Source: a candidate division WOR-3 bacterium (GTDB taxonomy: Bacteria > Hydrothermota > Tepidihabitantia > SM23-42). From it: DNA of 64,000 bases. Both the position numbers and the translations under genes were made by a program. This document shows positions 39,045 to 49,463 of the stretch, piece by piece. The first letter of the stretch is position 1. Every line of letters starts with the position of its first letter. The DNA is taken from positions 1,916 to 65,915 of the forward strand of contig DRIG01000092.1 of the NCBI GenBank assembly GCA_011052815.1, in the 5' to 3' direction. The notes beneath the pieces are model-generated. The model was not told the origin of the DNA, ran no database searches, and saw only the letters and a list, made by a program, of their open reading frames with translations.

Positions 39045-40019
39045 GTGAAGATAAAAAGAATCGGTGTACTGACGAGCGGCGGCGATGCTCCGGGCATGAA
39101 TGCCGCCATAAGGGCGGTGACACGCACCGCACTCCACTGTAAATTCACTGTATACGGTATCAAATACGGTTATAATGGTCTGATACGTAAAGAACTCATC
39201 ATACTCGATCGCGGGTCGGTGGCGAATATCATCCAGCGCGGTGGAACAATCCTGGGTACTGCACGCTCTGATGAATTTGAAACCAGCAAAGGAATGGCAC
39301 GGGCGGTGCGGATATTGAAGGAGTATGAAATAGACGCCCTCGTGGTGATCGGTGGTGACGGCACCATGCGCGGTGCCTACGAGTTTTCGAAAAAACATAA
39401 TATTAAAATAATCGGTCTGCCCGGTACCATTGACAACGACCTCTACGGCACCGACTACACGATCGGCTTTGACACTGCCGTAAACAGCGCATTGGAAGCA
39501 GTGGACCGCATTCGGGATACCGCTTCGTCTCTGGAAAGACTCTTCTTCATCGAAGTGATGGGCAGGTACGCAGGTTTTATCGGCTTGGCCGTCGGCCTGG
39601 CGGGCGGCGCCGAGGACGTCCTCATCCCGGAAACACCGACCGATGTCAGGACGCTGGCGGCGAAAATCAACAGTAACATAAAAAAAGGCAAGAAATCGAA
39701 CATCGTAATCGTCTCTGAGGGTGATGAAGCGGGCAATGCCTTTGAGATAGCGAAAAAGATTAAATCGATCATCAAAGAAGATTATCGCGTCGCCGTGCTC
39801 GGTTATATCCAGCGGGGCGGTTCACCCACAGCTAACGACAGAATCCTGGCATCGAAATTGGGTTATGGCGCAGTCATCGGATTAAAAGAAGGCAGGTTCG
39901 GATGCATGGTCGGTGAAATCGACAACCGCATCACCTACACACCATTCAAACAGACCTTTACAAAGAAGAAAAAGATAGACCGGCAGATATACAAGGTCAT
40001 AAAGATTCTTTCTGAGTAG
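39045..40019 (+). CDS. pfkA: 6-phosphofructokinase (GTG start)
   Basis: GVLTSGGDAPGMNAAIRAV and GGDGTMRGA motifs. Confidence 0.75.
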   Translation: MKIKRIGVLTSGGDAPGMNAAIRAVTRTALHCKFTVYGIKYGYNGLIRKELIILDRGSVANIIQRGGTILGTARSDEFETSKGMARAVRILKEYEIDALVVIGGDGTMRGAYEFSKKHNIKIIGLPGTIDNDLYGTDYTIGFDTAVNSALEAVDRIRDTASSLERLFFIEVMGRYAGFIGLAVGLAGGAEDVLIPETPTDVRTLAAKINSNIKKGKKSNIVIVSEGDEAGNAFEIAKKIKSIIKEDYRVAVLGYIQRGGSPTANDRILASKLGYGAVIGLKEGRFGCMVGEIDNRITYTPFKQTFTKKKKIDRQIYKVIKILSE

Positions 40020-40028
40020 TACGGTTTC

Positions 40029-40709
40029 TCAGAGCAGATTGTGTTGTGAAAAAGAGTAGTAATTCTGGTCCGTAATAATTACATGGTCAATAATATTTAT
40101 CCCCATCAGAACACCGGCGTTGCGCAGTCTTTCGGTTATCTTCAAATCATCGTCTGATGGTTTAAGAATACCGCTGGGATGGTTGTGAATCAAAAACAGA
40201 CCACTGGCGTTTTCATTGAGGGCGAACTTGAATACCTCACGGGGGTGAACCAGACTGGCGTCAAGTATTCCCTTGGAGATCGTCGAATCCCTCAACAATG
40301 AATTTTTGGCGTCCACGGCCGCAACCTTGAACAACTCATATTTCAAACCACCGATTAAAGGATAATAATAATGATAGACATCTTTGGGATGCTTGAATAT
40401 AACCACCTCTTCATTCTTTTTCGAAAGGGAACGCCTTCCCAGATCGATCGCCGCGAGGATTGAAATGAGTTTTGCCCTACCCAGCCCATTGATCTTCAAC
40501 TGCTCCAGTTCACTCACGGTCTTCTCACCGAGTCTTTTCAAACTTCCGACCCGCTGAAGAATCTCTTTGGCAAGATCCAGGGCAGACCGATTCTTCACTC
40601 CTTTGCCGATTATGATAGCAAGAAGTTCGGTATCAGTAAGGCCGTAACTTCCCCGCTGCAGGAATTTTTCGCGCGGCCTGTCGTCTTCAGGCCAATCCTT
40701 GATCTTCAT
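40029..40709 (-). CDS. radC: RadC-like JAB/MPN domain protein (UPF0758)
   Basis: HhH N-terminus plus HNHPSG JAMM motif. Confidence 0.75.
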   Translation of the reverse strand: MKIKDWPEDDRPREKFLQRGSYGLTDTELLAIIIGKGVKNRSALDLAKEILQRVGSLKRLGEKTVSELEQLKINGLGRAKLISILAAIDLGRRSLSKKNEEVVIFKHPKDVYHYYYPLIGGLKYELFKVAAVDAKNSLLRDSTISKGILDASLVHPREVFKFALNENASGLFLIHNHPSGILKPSDDDLKITERLRNAGVLMGINIIDHVIITDQNYYSFSQHNLL

Positions 40710-42794
40710 CTACTTAAAGAGGGCGAATTTAAGAATAAAGCCTGCGAAGACAATGGAAACCGTGGACATAAGTTTTATCAATATATTCAAAGATGGCCCT
40801 GAGGTGTCTTTGAACGGATCGCCGACCGTATCTCCGACAACAGCCGCTTTATGCTCTGCCGAACCTTTTCCTCCGAGTTCGCCTTTTTCGATATATTTCT
40901 TTGCGTTGTCCCATGCACCGCCGGAATTCGCCATCATCAAAGCGATGACAAACCCCGATGTCAGGGCACCGACGAGCAGACCGATTACACCATTGGGTCC
41001 GAGAAAGATCCCGATGAGAATCGGCACGACTATCGCCATTACTGAAGGAACGATCATCTCTTTCTGGGCGGCGACCGTACAGATATGAACAGCCTCGGCA
41101 TAATCAGGACGTGCCTTTCCCTCGAGCAAACCCTTGATCTCTTTGAACTGTCTGCGCACCTCAACCACAATGAGCCCTGCAGCCCTGCTCACCGCCTTTA
41201 TCGTCTGGGAACAGAATGCAAACGGCATCATCGCACCGATAAAGAGTCCTGCAATAACCTGGGGATTTGTGATGGAAAGATCAAGTGTGGTGGAAAATAT
41301 CAGAATCTTGCTTCGGTATGCCGCAATGAGCGCGAGCACAGTGAGTGCCGCCGACCCGATGGCGAATCCTTTGCCGGTCGCGGCAGTGGTATTGCCGATT
41401 GCATCAAGGGCATCGGTTCTGCGTCGAACCTCTTCGGGTAGACCCGCCATCTGGGCGTTTCCGCCGGCATTGTCCGCAACCGGACCATAGGCATCGGCTG
41501 CAAGGGTGATGCAGAGGGTGGAGAGCATCCCGACCGCAGAGATCGCCACACCGAAAAGTCCATATCCAGGGTTTGCTGCACCGCCGGCAAGATAATATCC
41601 ACCGATAATCGCCAATGCCACGGCGATGACCGGCGCCACGGTCGAGAGCATACCCACACTCAGCCCTTCGAGGATCACTGTCGCCGGTCCGGTCTTCGCA
41701 GTAAAAGCGATTCCCTTGGTGGGAGGATAACTGTCCGACGTGAAAAACTCGGTTGAAAAACCGATGAAGACACCGCATGTCAAACCAAGAAGAATGGGCC
41801 AGTAAAAGTTGAAATTATGGGGTAGAATAAATTTTATGAGAAATGCGGCTGCAACCGCCATAATGATACTCGCTCCCCATACCCCCTTTCTTATCGCGAA
41901 CAAAAGGCTCTTTTGACTGGCATCCTCTTTTGTCTGAATCAAAAAAGTTCCAATGACCGAGGAGAAGACGCCGACCGCGGCAAGAAGGAGCGGCAGAATT
42001 ACACCGGTCATCCCCAATCCCGCGGCAAAGGCGAGCGCCATCGCAGCAACGATCGAACCGACATAAGACTCAAAAAGGTCTGCTCCCATTCCCGCCACGT
42101 CACCGACATTGTCACCGACATTGTCCGCAATGGTCGCGGGGTTGCGCGGATCGTCTTCAGGAATATCCGCCTCAACCTTACCGACAAGGTCTGCACCGAC
42201 ATCCGCCGCCTTTGTAAAGATTCCGCCGCCTACTCTTGCAAAAAGTGCCTGGAACGACGCACCCAGTCCATAACAGACCATTGTCTGGGTGACCACAAGA
42301 AGCCTTTCATTAAGAGGCAGACTCTTGTAGACAAGATTCAATAGAAAGAACCAGAAGCTCAAATCCCAGAGACTGAGTCCCACGACGACGAATCCCATCA
42401 CTCCGCCGGCACTGAATGCAACCCTTAAAGCACTGTTTAAACTTGTCTGTGCTGCATTTGCGGTTCGCGCGGAGGAATCGGTCGCCTGATTCATACCGAT
42501 GAAACCGGAGAGCGCCGAGAAAAAACCTCCGGTGAGAAATGTAAAGGGCACGAAGATCGGCAGCATACCGCCTAAAGCAAGAATCAGAAGGAGTACAAAG
42601 AGTACGGCGAAGATGATTATCACCACCCGATATTGTCTTTTCAGATACGCCCGGGCGCCTTCTCTTATCGCCTGAGCGATCTCACGCATCAATTCAGTGC
42701 CTTCATCAAACTTTTTGGTTGTCTTTGACAGATATAGAGCAAACAGCAAGGCGAGTAAAGAACCACCGGGTGCTATCCAGAATAATGGAAACAT
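40710..42794 (-). CDS. hppA: Membrane-bound ion-translocating pyrophosphatase
   Basis: DNVGDNVGD signature. 694 aa polytopic protein. Confidence 0.8.
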   Translation of the reverse strand: MFPLFWIAPGGSLLALLFALYLSKTTKKFDEGTELMREIAQAIREGARAYLKRQYRVVIIIFAVLFVLLLILALGGMLPIFVPFTFLTGGFFSALSGFIGMNQATDSSARTANAAQTSLNSALRVAFSAGGVMGFVVVGLSLWDLSFWFFLLNLVYKSLPLNERLLVVTQTMVCYGLGASFQALFARVGGGIFTKAADVGADLVGKVEADIPEDDPRNPATIADNVGDNVGDVAGMGADLFESYVGSIVAAMALAFAAGLGMTGVILPLLLAAVGVFSSVIGTFLIQTKEDASQKSLLFAIRKGVWGASIIMAVAAAFLIKFILPHNFNFYWPILLGLTCGVFIGFSTEFFTSDSYPPTKGIAFTAKTGPATVILEGLSVGMLSTVAPVIAVALAIIGGYYLAGGAANPGYGLFGVAISAVGMLSTLCITLAADAYGPVADNAGGNAQMAGLPEEVRRRTDALDAIGNTTAATGKGFAIGSAALTVLALIAAYRSKILIFSTTLDLSITNPQVIAGLFIGAMMPFAFCSQTIKAVSRAAGLIVVEVRRQFKEIKGLLEGKARPDYAEAVHICTVAAQKEMIVPSVMAIVVPILIGIFLGPNGVIGLLVGALTSGFVIALMMANSGGAWDNAKKYIEKGELGGKGSAEHKAAVVGDTVGDPFKDTSGPSLNILIKLMSTVSIVFAGFILKFALFK

Positions 42795-42824
42795 TCTATC
42801 CCCCTCTTGTTTTTGCAGCTACTT

Positions 42825-43628
42825 TCATTCCCTGTTTTTGGAACGTACATAACAGATACGGGGCGGCTGCCGTTTGTGCATACTCCTGTCAAAGAGCAGC
42901 TGCAATTTTTCCGCCGCCTCTCCCTGAGCCCGCGATTCTGCGATCTCCTGCAAAATTTTATCCATCTCTTCATAACTGAAGCCAAGTTCATCCTCATCTG
43001 TCTGTCCCTGCCACAGCCCCGCGCTGGGGGTCTTCTCAATAATAACTTGAGGGATACCCAGTATTTTCGCAAGTTCCCTCACCTCGAATTTATAGAGATC
43101 ACCGAGCGGTAATATATCACAACCGCCGTCACCGTATTTAGTAAAGTAACCGAGCATCAATTCGGTCTTATTGCCGGTACCGCAGACAAGATAATTATTG
43201 ACGTTTGCATAGTAATATAATACGGTCATCCGCAGCCGCGCTTTAATATTGCCGCGGGCAAGCCGGTCGTCCCCGGGCAACAATTTTATCAGATTATTGT
43301 AAACAGAAGTCAAATCTATGTACTGGGTCTTCAAGTTCAAGTGTGCCGCAACCTCTGAAGCATCCTCCATATCCCGGACAAGGGATTCGATGGGCAGAAG
43401 CAGACCAAGACAATTGTCCGTCGCTTTTTTGAGCAATGCCGCGCATACCGATGAATCCAATCCACCGCTCAGACCGAGAACAAATCCTTTTGTATGTGAT
43501 TTTTCCAGCTGTTCTTTCAACCAGTTGACGATTTTATTGACGGTCTTCTCATACATTGATAGGATTATACCGATATTTCTTAAAAAATCAAGAAAAAAGA
43601 ACAAAGAACGCAGAACATTGACAATCAT
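42825..43628 (-). CDS. nadE: NH3-dependent NAD+ synthetase
   Basis: GLSGGLDSSV PP-loop motif. Confidence 0.75.
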   Translation of the reverse strand: MIVNVLRSLFFFLDFLRNIGIILSMYEKTVNKIVNWLKEQLEKSHTKGFVLGLSGGLDSSVCAALLKKATDNCLGLLLPIESLVRDMEDASEVAAHLNLKTQYIDLTSVYNNLIKLLPGDDRLARGNIKARLRMTVLYYYANVNNYLVCGTGNKTELMLGYFTKYGDGGCDILPLGDLYKFEVRELAKILGIPQVIIEKTPSAGLWQGQTDEDELGFSYEEMDKILQEIAESRAQGEAAEKLQLLFDRSMHKRQPPRICYVRSKNRE

Positions 43629-43652
43629 ATTCTTATCAATATAATCATAGCA

Positions 43653-46600
43653 GTGGAAAAGAAAAAAGAATATTGGCAGATAAATACCCAGAAAATGGCT
43701 CAGCAGATTAAAGAAGTTGCTAAGGTTTGTCAGAAAGAAGAAGATTTGAAGATGAGGCTTGAGCCAATTTTACAAAAAGCGTTCAAATTGATTGGAATAA
43801 ATATTAAAAATGTTCATTATGAGAAAACAAGCGCCTCTTACAAAGGACGCACAGACGCGGTTTATGGATATTTAACCATAGAATATAAGAAACCTGGCAC
43901 TTTATCCAGAAAGACAGGTGTTAGAAGGACTATAAGACAGATTCAAAATTATCTCGTTGGTCAAGCTACTGAATTTGGAACGCAGAAAGAAGATTTTTTA
44001 GAAAAGGCAATTGGTGTTGCATTAGACGGTAATTCTATTATGTTTGTTAAATTTTCAAAAGTCCCTTCATTGCTCCAGACCCCAGTGCCGATAGGAAAAA
44101 CCCAGATGGATTTCTTCCCTCAAATAGAAATTAAACGGGGTTTTCAAATATTGGGTCCATATGCGATCACCCAGGCGAGCCTTGCCAATCTGCTTATCTA
44201 TGCTCGTGCTTCAGCTCGAAGACCGTTGACCGCCAAGGATCTGGCTGGAGTTTATGGACCAGAGTGCTCTATCGCCCGACAGGCAGTGTCTGAACTCTAT
44301 TCAGCTGTGATAAGGGCACAACGCCGACAGACACCATCCCGGATAAAAACTTTTTTTACAGAATGGGATAGAATATTTGGCGTTGTTTATGGTCAGGAGA
44401 TTGAGAAGGCTGAAAAATCTGCCGCAGAAACTGCAAAGCTCTATCAACTTCCTGCAGGCAGTAGATTAAAACAACTGCTCTTTGCCATCCATACTTATTA
44501 TGCCTTCTTGATGAAGATGATCGCTTATGTTCTTGTAGCAATGCAAAGGGAAAGTGCTGTAGAATCTTTTGTCGAGGGATTATCATATCTGGATGATAGA
44601 CAACTTTTTGACAAACTTACCCGGCTGGAAAGTGGGCTCGATTTTGTTGAACAGGGTATTAACAATTTCCTGGAAGCAGATTTCTTTTCCTGGTATCTTG
44701 ATGCCTGGAGTCCGGAGATTGCCAATGTTTTTCGTGGAATAGTGAGGGCTTTTTCAGAGTTTGAACCTGCTACACCGATTCTTGAGCCTGAATGGACAAA
44801 AGACTTACTGCAGAAATTATACGAAGTTATTGTGCCGAAAAAATTGCGTCATGATTTAGGTGAATACTATACTCCTGATTGGCTTGCGGGTTATTTAATA
44901 GATAAAAGTGGCTACGAGAGCAGCCCAGGTGTCCGTTTTTTAGACCCAGCCTGTGGTTCCGGCACTTTTTTGGTGCAGGCAATAAATAAAGCAATTAAAA
45001 ACATAAAATCACAGAAGAAAGTCCATATTAAAGAGCTTGCCAATCATATTCTGAATAATATCGTAGGATTTGATTTAAATCCTCTTGCGGTGCTTGCCTC
45101 AAGAACAAATTACCTCATTGCGTTTTCAAGATTTATTCCGTATATAAGACCTATTACCATCCCCGTCTATCTCTGTGATTCAATTCTTGCTCCGAGTCGT
45201 TATGAAGAAGAAGGACAATTACCATATCATAGAGATACCTTAGTATTTAGAACAACAAAGGGTGAATATATATTCCCGATTTGTATGCGGAGTAGAAACC
45301 AGATTGATAAATTTACTGCTGAGGTTGATCTGGCATTACGGAGTAAATTATTGCCTGAGGCATTTGGAGAAAGATTAAAAGCTGTTTTTAGGCTTTCCGA
45401 GAAAGAAAATGGACTGCTCATTAATGTTTATGAGCAGATAAAAAAATTGGAGGATGCTGGTGAAAATGGTATCTGGGCTCGGTATATAAAGAATGCCTTT
45501 GCACCAGTTTATGTTGGAAAATTCGATTATGTAATTGGCAATCCCCCCTGGGTTAGATGGGATTTTCTTTCTGATGATTATCGGGCAAGAACCCTGAAAC
45601 TATGGCAAAAATATGGTTTGTTTTCTTTGAAAGGTTATGAGACACGTCTGGGCGGCGGAAAAAAGGATTTTTCAATGTTATTTACCTATGTCTGTACTGA
45701 TAACTATCTTAAGGATAATGGTATTCTGGGTTTTGTTATTACAATAGAAGTCTTTAAATCCAAAGGTGCCGGTGAAGGATTCAGAAGATTTGTTTTGAAG
45801 AATAAAAGAGAACCTTTAAAGGTTCTCTTGATGGAAGATATGGTCGATTTAAAACCTTTCCAGGCGGCTAATAAGACTTCAATATTTCTTTTGAGAAAAA
45901 ATAGAAAAACAAAATATCCGATTCCCGTTGTAGAATGGAAGAGGAAAAAAGGAATCGGACGTGTAAGGCCTGACTGGACACTGGAACAGGTTCTCAGAAA
46001 TACCACACAAAGGAAACTTAAGGCGATACCGGTAAATCTTAAAAAAGAGACATCAGCCTGGCAAACTGCTACCCTTTCAGACCTGCAGATTTTTTCAAAA
46101 CTGAAGGGGAGAAATCCATACAAGGCGCATCTTGGAGTAAATGCTGATCCCTACGGAATTTTCTGGATGACCGTTGAGCAGGTTAGACCCGATGGAAAAC
46201 TTGTTGTTCAGAATCTATACGGCAGAGGAAAGAGTAAGATAAAGTCAGTAAAAACCTCGATAGAATCAGAACTAATTTATCCCGCAGTAACTGGTGAAGA
46301 TATAACAAAGTTTGGAATAAAGTCTCATTTTTACATTTTGATTTCACAGGATCCTATAAAAAGAAGAGGCTATGATGAGAATTATTTAAGCTCAAAATAT
46401 CCACTGACTTATGCATATCTTGTGCAATTCAAAAATTTCTTGTTAAAACGGGCATTATTTAAAAAATATTTTTGCAAGGATGTAAAAGTTGATGATAAAA
46501 GGATCGAGAAAATTCCATTTGCGCCATTCTATTCACAGTTTAATATAAGCGAAGATACCTTTGCAAGATACCGGGTTACATGGAAAGCTATGGCATCAAA

Positions 46601-46964
46601 AATTGAGACTGTTGTATTATCGAACAAAAAAACAGATTTTGGTATTAAATCAATGATTTCAACTAAAGTTACTTCTTTTATTCCAACCAGCAATAAATCT
46701 GAAGCGCATTATCTCTGTGCAATCTTGAATTCAGAGATAGTAAATAATTTTATAAAGAGTTTTTCTGCTGCGGGTCGGGGTTTTGGCACACCGTCGGTGA
46801 TGGAAAATCTGGCGATACCAAAATATAACGAAACCAATAGAATTCATAGAAAGCTTGCTGAACTTTCTGAAAAGGCGCACAATGTTGTTAAAGCAGGAAA
46901 GGATATTCATAGTATAGAAGAAGAGATAAACCAGTATGTGAAGAAATTATGGAATATAAAGTAA
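43653..46964 (+). CDS. Type IIG restriction-modification enzyme (nuclease-methyltransferase-TRD fusion), paralogous in architecture to 11984-15448
   Basis: TDAVYGYLTIEYKKPG (D...ExK), FLDPACGSGTFL (motif I) and VIGNPPWVRW (motif IV). About 38% GC against flanking ~50%. Confidence 0.6.
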   Translation: MEKKKEYWQINTQKMAQQIKEVAKVCQKEEDLKMRLEPILQKAFKLIGINIKNVHYEKTSASYKGRTDAVYGYLTIEYKKPGTLSRKTGVRRTIRQIQNYLVGQATEFGTQKEDFLEKAIGVALDGNSIMFVKFSKVPSLLQTPVPIGKTQMDFFPQIEIKRGFQILGPYAITQASLANLLIYARASARRPLTAKDLAGVYGPECSIARQAVSELYSAVIRAQRRQTPSRIKTFFTEWDRIFGVVYGQEIEKAEKSAAETAKLYQLPAGSRLKQLLFAIHTYYAFLMKMIAYVLVAMQRESAVESFVEGLSYLDDRQLFDKLTRLESGLDFVEQGINNFLEADFFSWYLDAWSPEIANVFRGIVRAFSEFEPATPILEPEWTKDLLQKLYEVIVPKKLRHDLGEYYTPDWLAGYLIDKSGYESSPGVRFLDPACGSGTFLVQAINKAIKNIKSQKKVHIKELANHILNNIVGFDLNPLAVLASRTNYLIAFSRFIPYIRPITIPVYLCDSILAPSRYEEEGQLPYHRDTLVFRTTKGEYIFPICMRSRNQIDKFTAEVDLALRSKLLPEAFGERLKAVFRLSEKENGLLINVYEQIKKLEDAGENGIWARYIKNAFAPVYVGKFDYVIGNPPWVRWDFLSDDYRARTLKLWQKYGLFSLKGYETRLGGGKKDFSMLFTYVCTDNYLKDNGILGFVITIEVFKSKGAGEGFRRFVLKNKREPLKVLLMEDMVDLKPFQAANKTSIFLLRKNRKTKYPIPVVEWKRKKGIGRVRPDWTLEQVLRNTTQRKLKAIPVNLKKETSAWQTATLSDLQIFSKLKGRNPYKAHLGVNADPYGIFWMTVEQVRPDGKLVVQNLYGRGKSKIKSVKTSIESELIYPAVTGEDITKFGIKSHFYILISQDPIKRRGYDENYLSSKYPLTYAYLVQFKNFLLKRALFKKYFCKDVKVDDKRIEKIPFAPFYSQFNISEDTFARYRVTWKAMASKIETVVLSNKKTDFGIKSMISTKVTSFIPTSNKSEAHYLCAILNSEIVNNFIKSFSAAGRGFGTPSVMENLAIPKYNETNRIHRKLAELSEKAHNVVKAGKDIHSIEEEINQYVKKLWNIK

Positions 46965-47764
46965 TCACACCACAGGATAAGGCATATCCGCAAAAATTGA
47001 TTGGCCGACTCGGTGATAGTGCGCCAGAAAATATTTATTATAATGGCCCTTTAGATTTACTCAATCGCTGGACAATGGCATTTCTCTGTGCTGATTCAGC
47101 CGGAGGTACTGTTCTCAATGAGATGAATCAACTCTTCTTTACAATACGCGAATACGAAATAAACTATATCGGTTCCTGGCATTCAATAATGGAAACTGAG
47201 ATATTCAGGCTTGCACTATATTTCAAACATAACAGTCTGACACTTTTTAGTGCTAAAGGGTTGAAAAAGGAAACTTTTGATTCATATTTACTCGATAGAT
47301 TTTACCCACCACTTCATGAATTTCCCGAACGGGATGAATATTTCCGACGCGCAGAAAATGGTGAATTGCTCATCCTTTCTGTTGCTCCACCCGATGAAAA
47401 CCGCCAGCGAAGAAAAAATATTATGCAACGAAACTGGATTTCCTGTTTATTAAGCGACCTTGTATTTATCCCCTACGCGCCTAAGGGTTCCAAAACATAT
47501 ACTACTGCTAAAAGGTTAGTAAAGGCTGATATACCGGTTTTCACGCTTGAGCATTCAGTTGCTAAAGAATTACATCAACTTGGTATCCCCGGGTTTAATC
47601 GTAAAACTGTTCGTTCTTTAATTGAACAAGCCGGTGCAAAAAAATACGGGGGAGAGAAGATTCAAGAAGTAGATGCTTCTTTAGAAGTTACACCATATAA
47701 ACCGCCAGAAAAGAGAATAATTCAGGATGAGATAAAATTTGTAAAGGAGAATGAAGAAGAATAA
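46949..47764 (+). CDS. Divergent DprA/Smf-like (SLOG superfamily) protein, 271 aa, conserved motifs degenerate
   Basis: Pattern KAYPQKL...IYYNGPLDLLNR..MAFLCADSAGG...LFSAKGL...LLILSVAPP...RNWISCLLSDLVFIPYAPKGSKTYTTAKRLV...PVF tracks DprA blocks. The canonical GSR and GLARGID motifs are replaced. Start overlaps the RM gene end. Confidence 0.4.
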   Translation: MEYKVITPQDKAYPQKLIGRLGDSAPENIYYNGPLDLLNRWTMAFLCADSAGGTVLNEMNQLFFTIREYEINYIGSWHSIMETEIFRLALYFKHNSLTLFSAKGLKKETFDSYLLDRFYPPLHEFPERDEYFRRAENGELLILSVAPPDENRQRRKNIMQRNWISCLLSDLVFIPYAPKGSKTYTTAKRLVKADIPVFTLEHSVAKELHQLGIPGFNRKTVRSLIEQAGAKKYGGEKIQEVDASLEVTPYKPPEKRIIQDEIKFVKENEEE

Positions 47765-49463
47765 GGAGCTTGCCCGGATATTCGACCGCATCGCTGATGC
47801 CTTAGAGTTTAAGGGCGCGAATGTCTTCAAGGTGGTCGCCTACCGCAAGGCGGCACGGGTGCTTGAAGACCTGGTCGAGGATATTGAAGAGATACACAGG
47901 GCAGGAAAACTTCAGGAACTTTCCGGAATCGGCGCAGGAATCGCCAAGAAGATCGATGAGTATCTCAGAACCGGGAAGATGAAAAAATATGAAGAGGTGA
48001 TCAGCGACATCCCCCCGACTTTACTGGATATGCTCGGGATCCAGCATCTCGGTCCGAAAACACTCGCCCTCGTGAATAAAACACTGGGAGTGAAAAATCT
48101 GACCGATCTTAAAAGAGTAATCAAAGACGGCAGCCTTGCAAAATTACCCCAGATGGGTGAAAAGAAGGTCGAAAACATCAAAAAGGGAATCGAACTTTTT
48201 GAAAAAAGTCATGAAAGACTTTCCATCGCCGTCGCCGAAGAGGTGAGTGCCGGGGTTATCGACTACTTAAAGAAAAATACAAAGATCAAAAAGATTTCTT
48301 CAGCCGGTTCATTAAGACGCTGGAAAGAGACGATCGGCGACATCGATATCCTGGCAGCAGGAAAGACACGCACCGATATAGTAAAGGTCTTCACCCGATA
48401 CCCCGGGACCGAAAGAGTCCTCGCCGCGGGTAAGACCAAAGGTTCGATCATTGTCAAAGGTGGAATTCAGATCGACCTGCGGATCGTCGCGCCGTCTTCA
48501 TACGGATCGGCGCTTCAATATTTCACCGGCTCCAAAGCACATAATATCAAATTACGCAGTATTGCAAAACAGAAAGGGATGAAACTGAGTGAATACGGGG
48601 TGTTTAAAGGAAAGAAAAAGGTCGCCGGCAAAACCGAACAGGAAGTCTATAAAATACTGGGATTAAAATATATTGCACCGGAATTAAGGGAAGACCGCGG
48701 AGAGATCGAGGCGGCGCAGCAAAACAGTCTGCCCGCATTAATAGAGAAGAAGGACGTCAAGGGCGACCTGCAGATGCACTCGACCTATTCGGATTCCAGC
48801 GCGACGATAAAAGAACTGGCGCAATACGCCGAAGCACTGGGTTACGAATACATATTGATAACCGATCATTCCCAATCCGCAAAATACGCCAATGGGCTGG
48901 ATCAAAAAAGACTCTTTCGGCAGTGGAAAGAGATCGACCGGCTCAATAAAGAACTGAAAAGGCTGCGGATACTCAAAGGCGCTGAAGTCGATATTCTGAA
49001 GGACGGCGGCCTCGATTATCCCGACACCATCTTGAAAGAACTCGACCTGGTCGTCGCTTCAATCCACCAGGGATTCAAAAAGAATGTCACCGAAAGAATA
49101 TGCGCGGCGATGGAAAATCCTTATGTCGATATAATCGGTCATCCGACCGGACGGTTGATCTTCCAGAGGGAAGGTTATGTAATCGACCTTCCCCGAATAA
49201 TGGAAAAGGCATTGCAGACAGACACCTGGCTGGAATTGAATGCATATCCTGAACGGCTGGACCTCAATGATGTAAATCTGAAGCTCGCAAAAGAGATGGG
49301 CATAAAGATTTCAATCGGCACTGATGCGCACGGTGTTGAAGGACTTTTATGGATGAAGTTCGGCGTCGCCACGGCACGACGGGGATGGCTCGAACCCGAT
49401 GATGTGGTCAACACCTATCCGCTCAAGAAATTGCTCAACCGACGTAAAAGGGTTAAACGTTGA
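47751..49463 (+). CDS. polX: DNA polymerase X family protein with PHP domain
   Basis: HhH pol-beta-like N-terminus and C-terminal PHP histidine motifs (HSTYSD, ITDHS). Confidence 0.7.
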   Translation: MKKNKELARIFDRIADALEFKGANVFKVVAYRKAARVLEDLVEDIEEIHRAGKLQELSGIGAGIAKKIDEYLRTGKMKKYEEVISDIPPTLLDMLGIQHLGPKTLALVNKTLGVKNLTDLKRVIKDGSLAKLPQMGEKKVENIKKGIELFEKSHERLSIAVAEEVSAGVIDYLKKNTKIKKISSAGSLRRWKETIGDIDILAAGKTRTDIVKVFTRYPGTERVLAAGKTKGSIIVKGGIQIDLRIVAPSSYGSALQYFTGSKAHNIKLRSIAKQKGMKLSEYGVFKGKKKVAGKTEQEVYKILGLKYIAPELREDRGEIEAAQQNSLPALIEKKDVKGDLQMHSTYSDSSATIKELAQYAEALGYEYILITDHSQSAKYANGLDQKRLFRQWKEIDRLNKELKRLRILKGAEVDILKDGGLDYPDTILKELDLVVASIHQGFKKNVTERICAAMENPYVDIIGHPTGRLIFQREGYVIDLPRIMEKALQTDTWLELNAYPERLDLNDVNLKLAKEMGIKISIGTDAHGVEGLLWMKFGVATARRGWLEPDDVVNTYPLKKLLNRRKRVKR

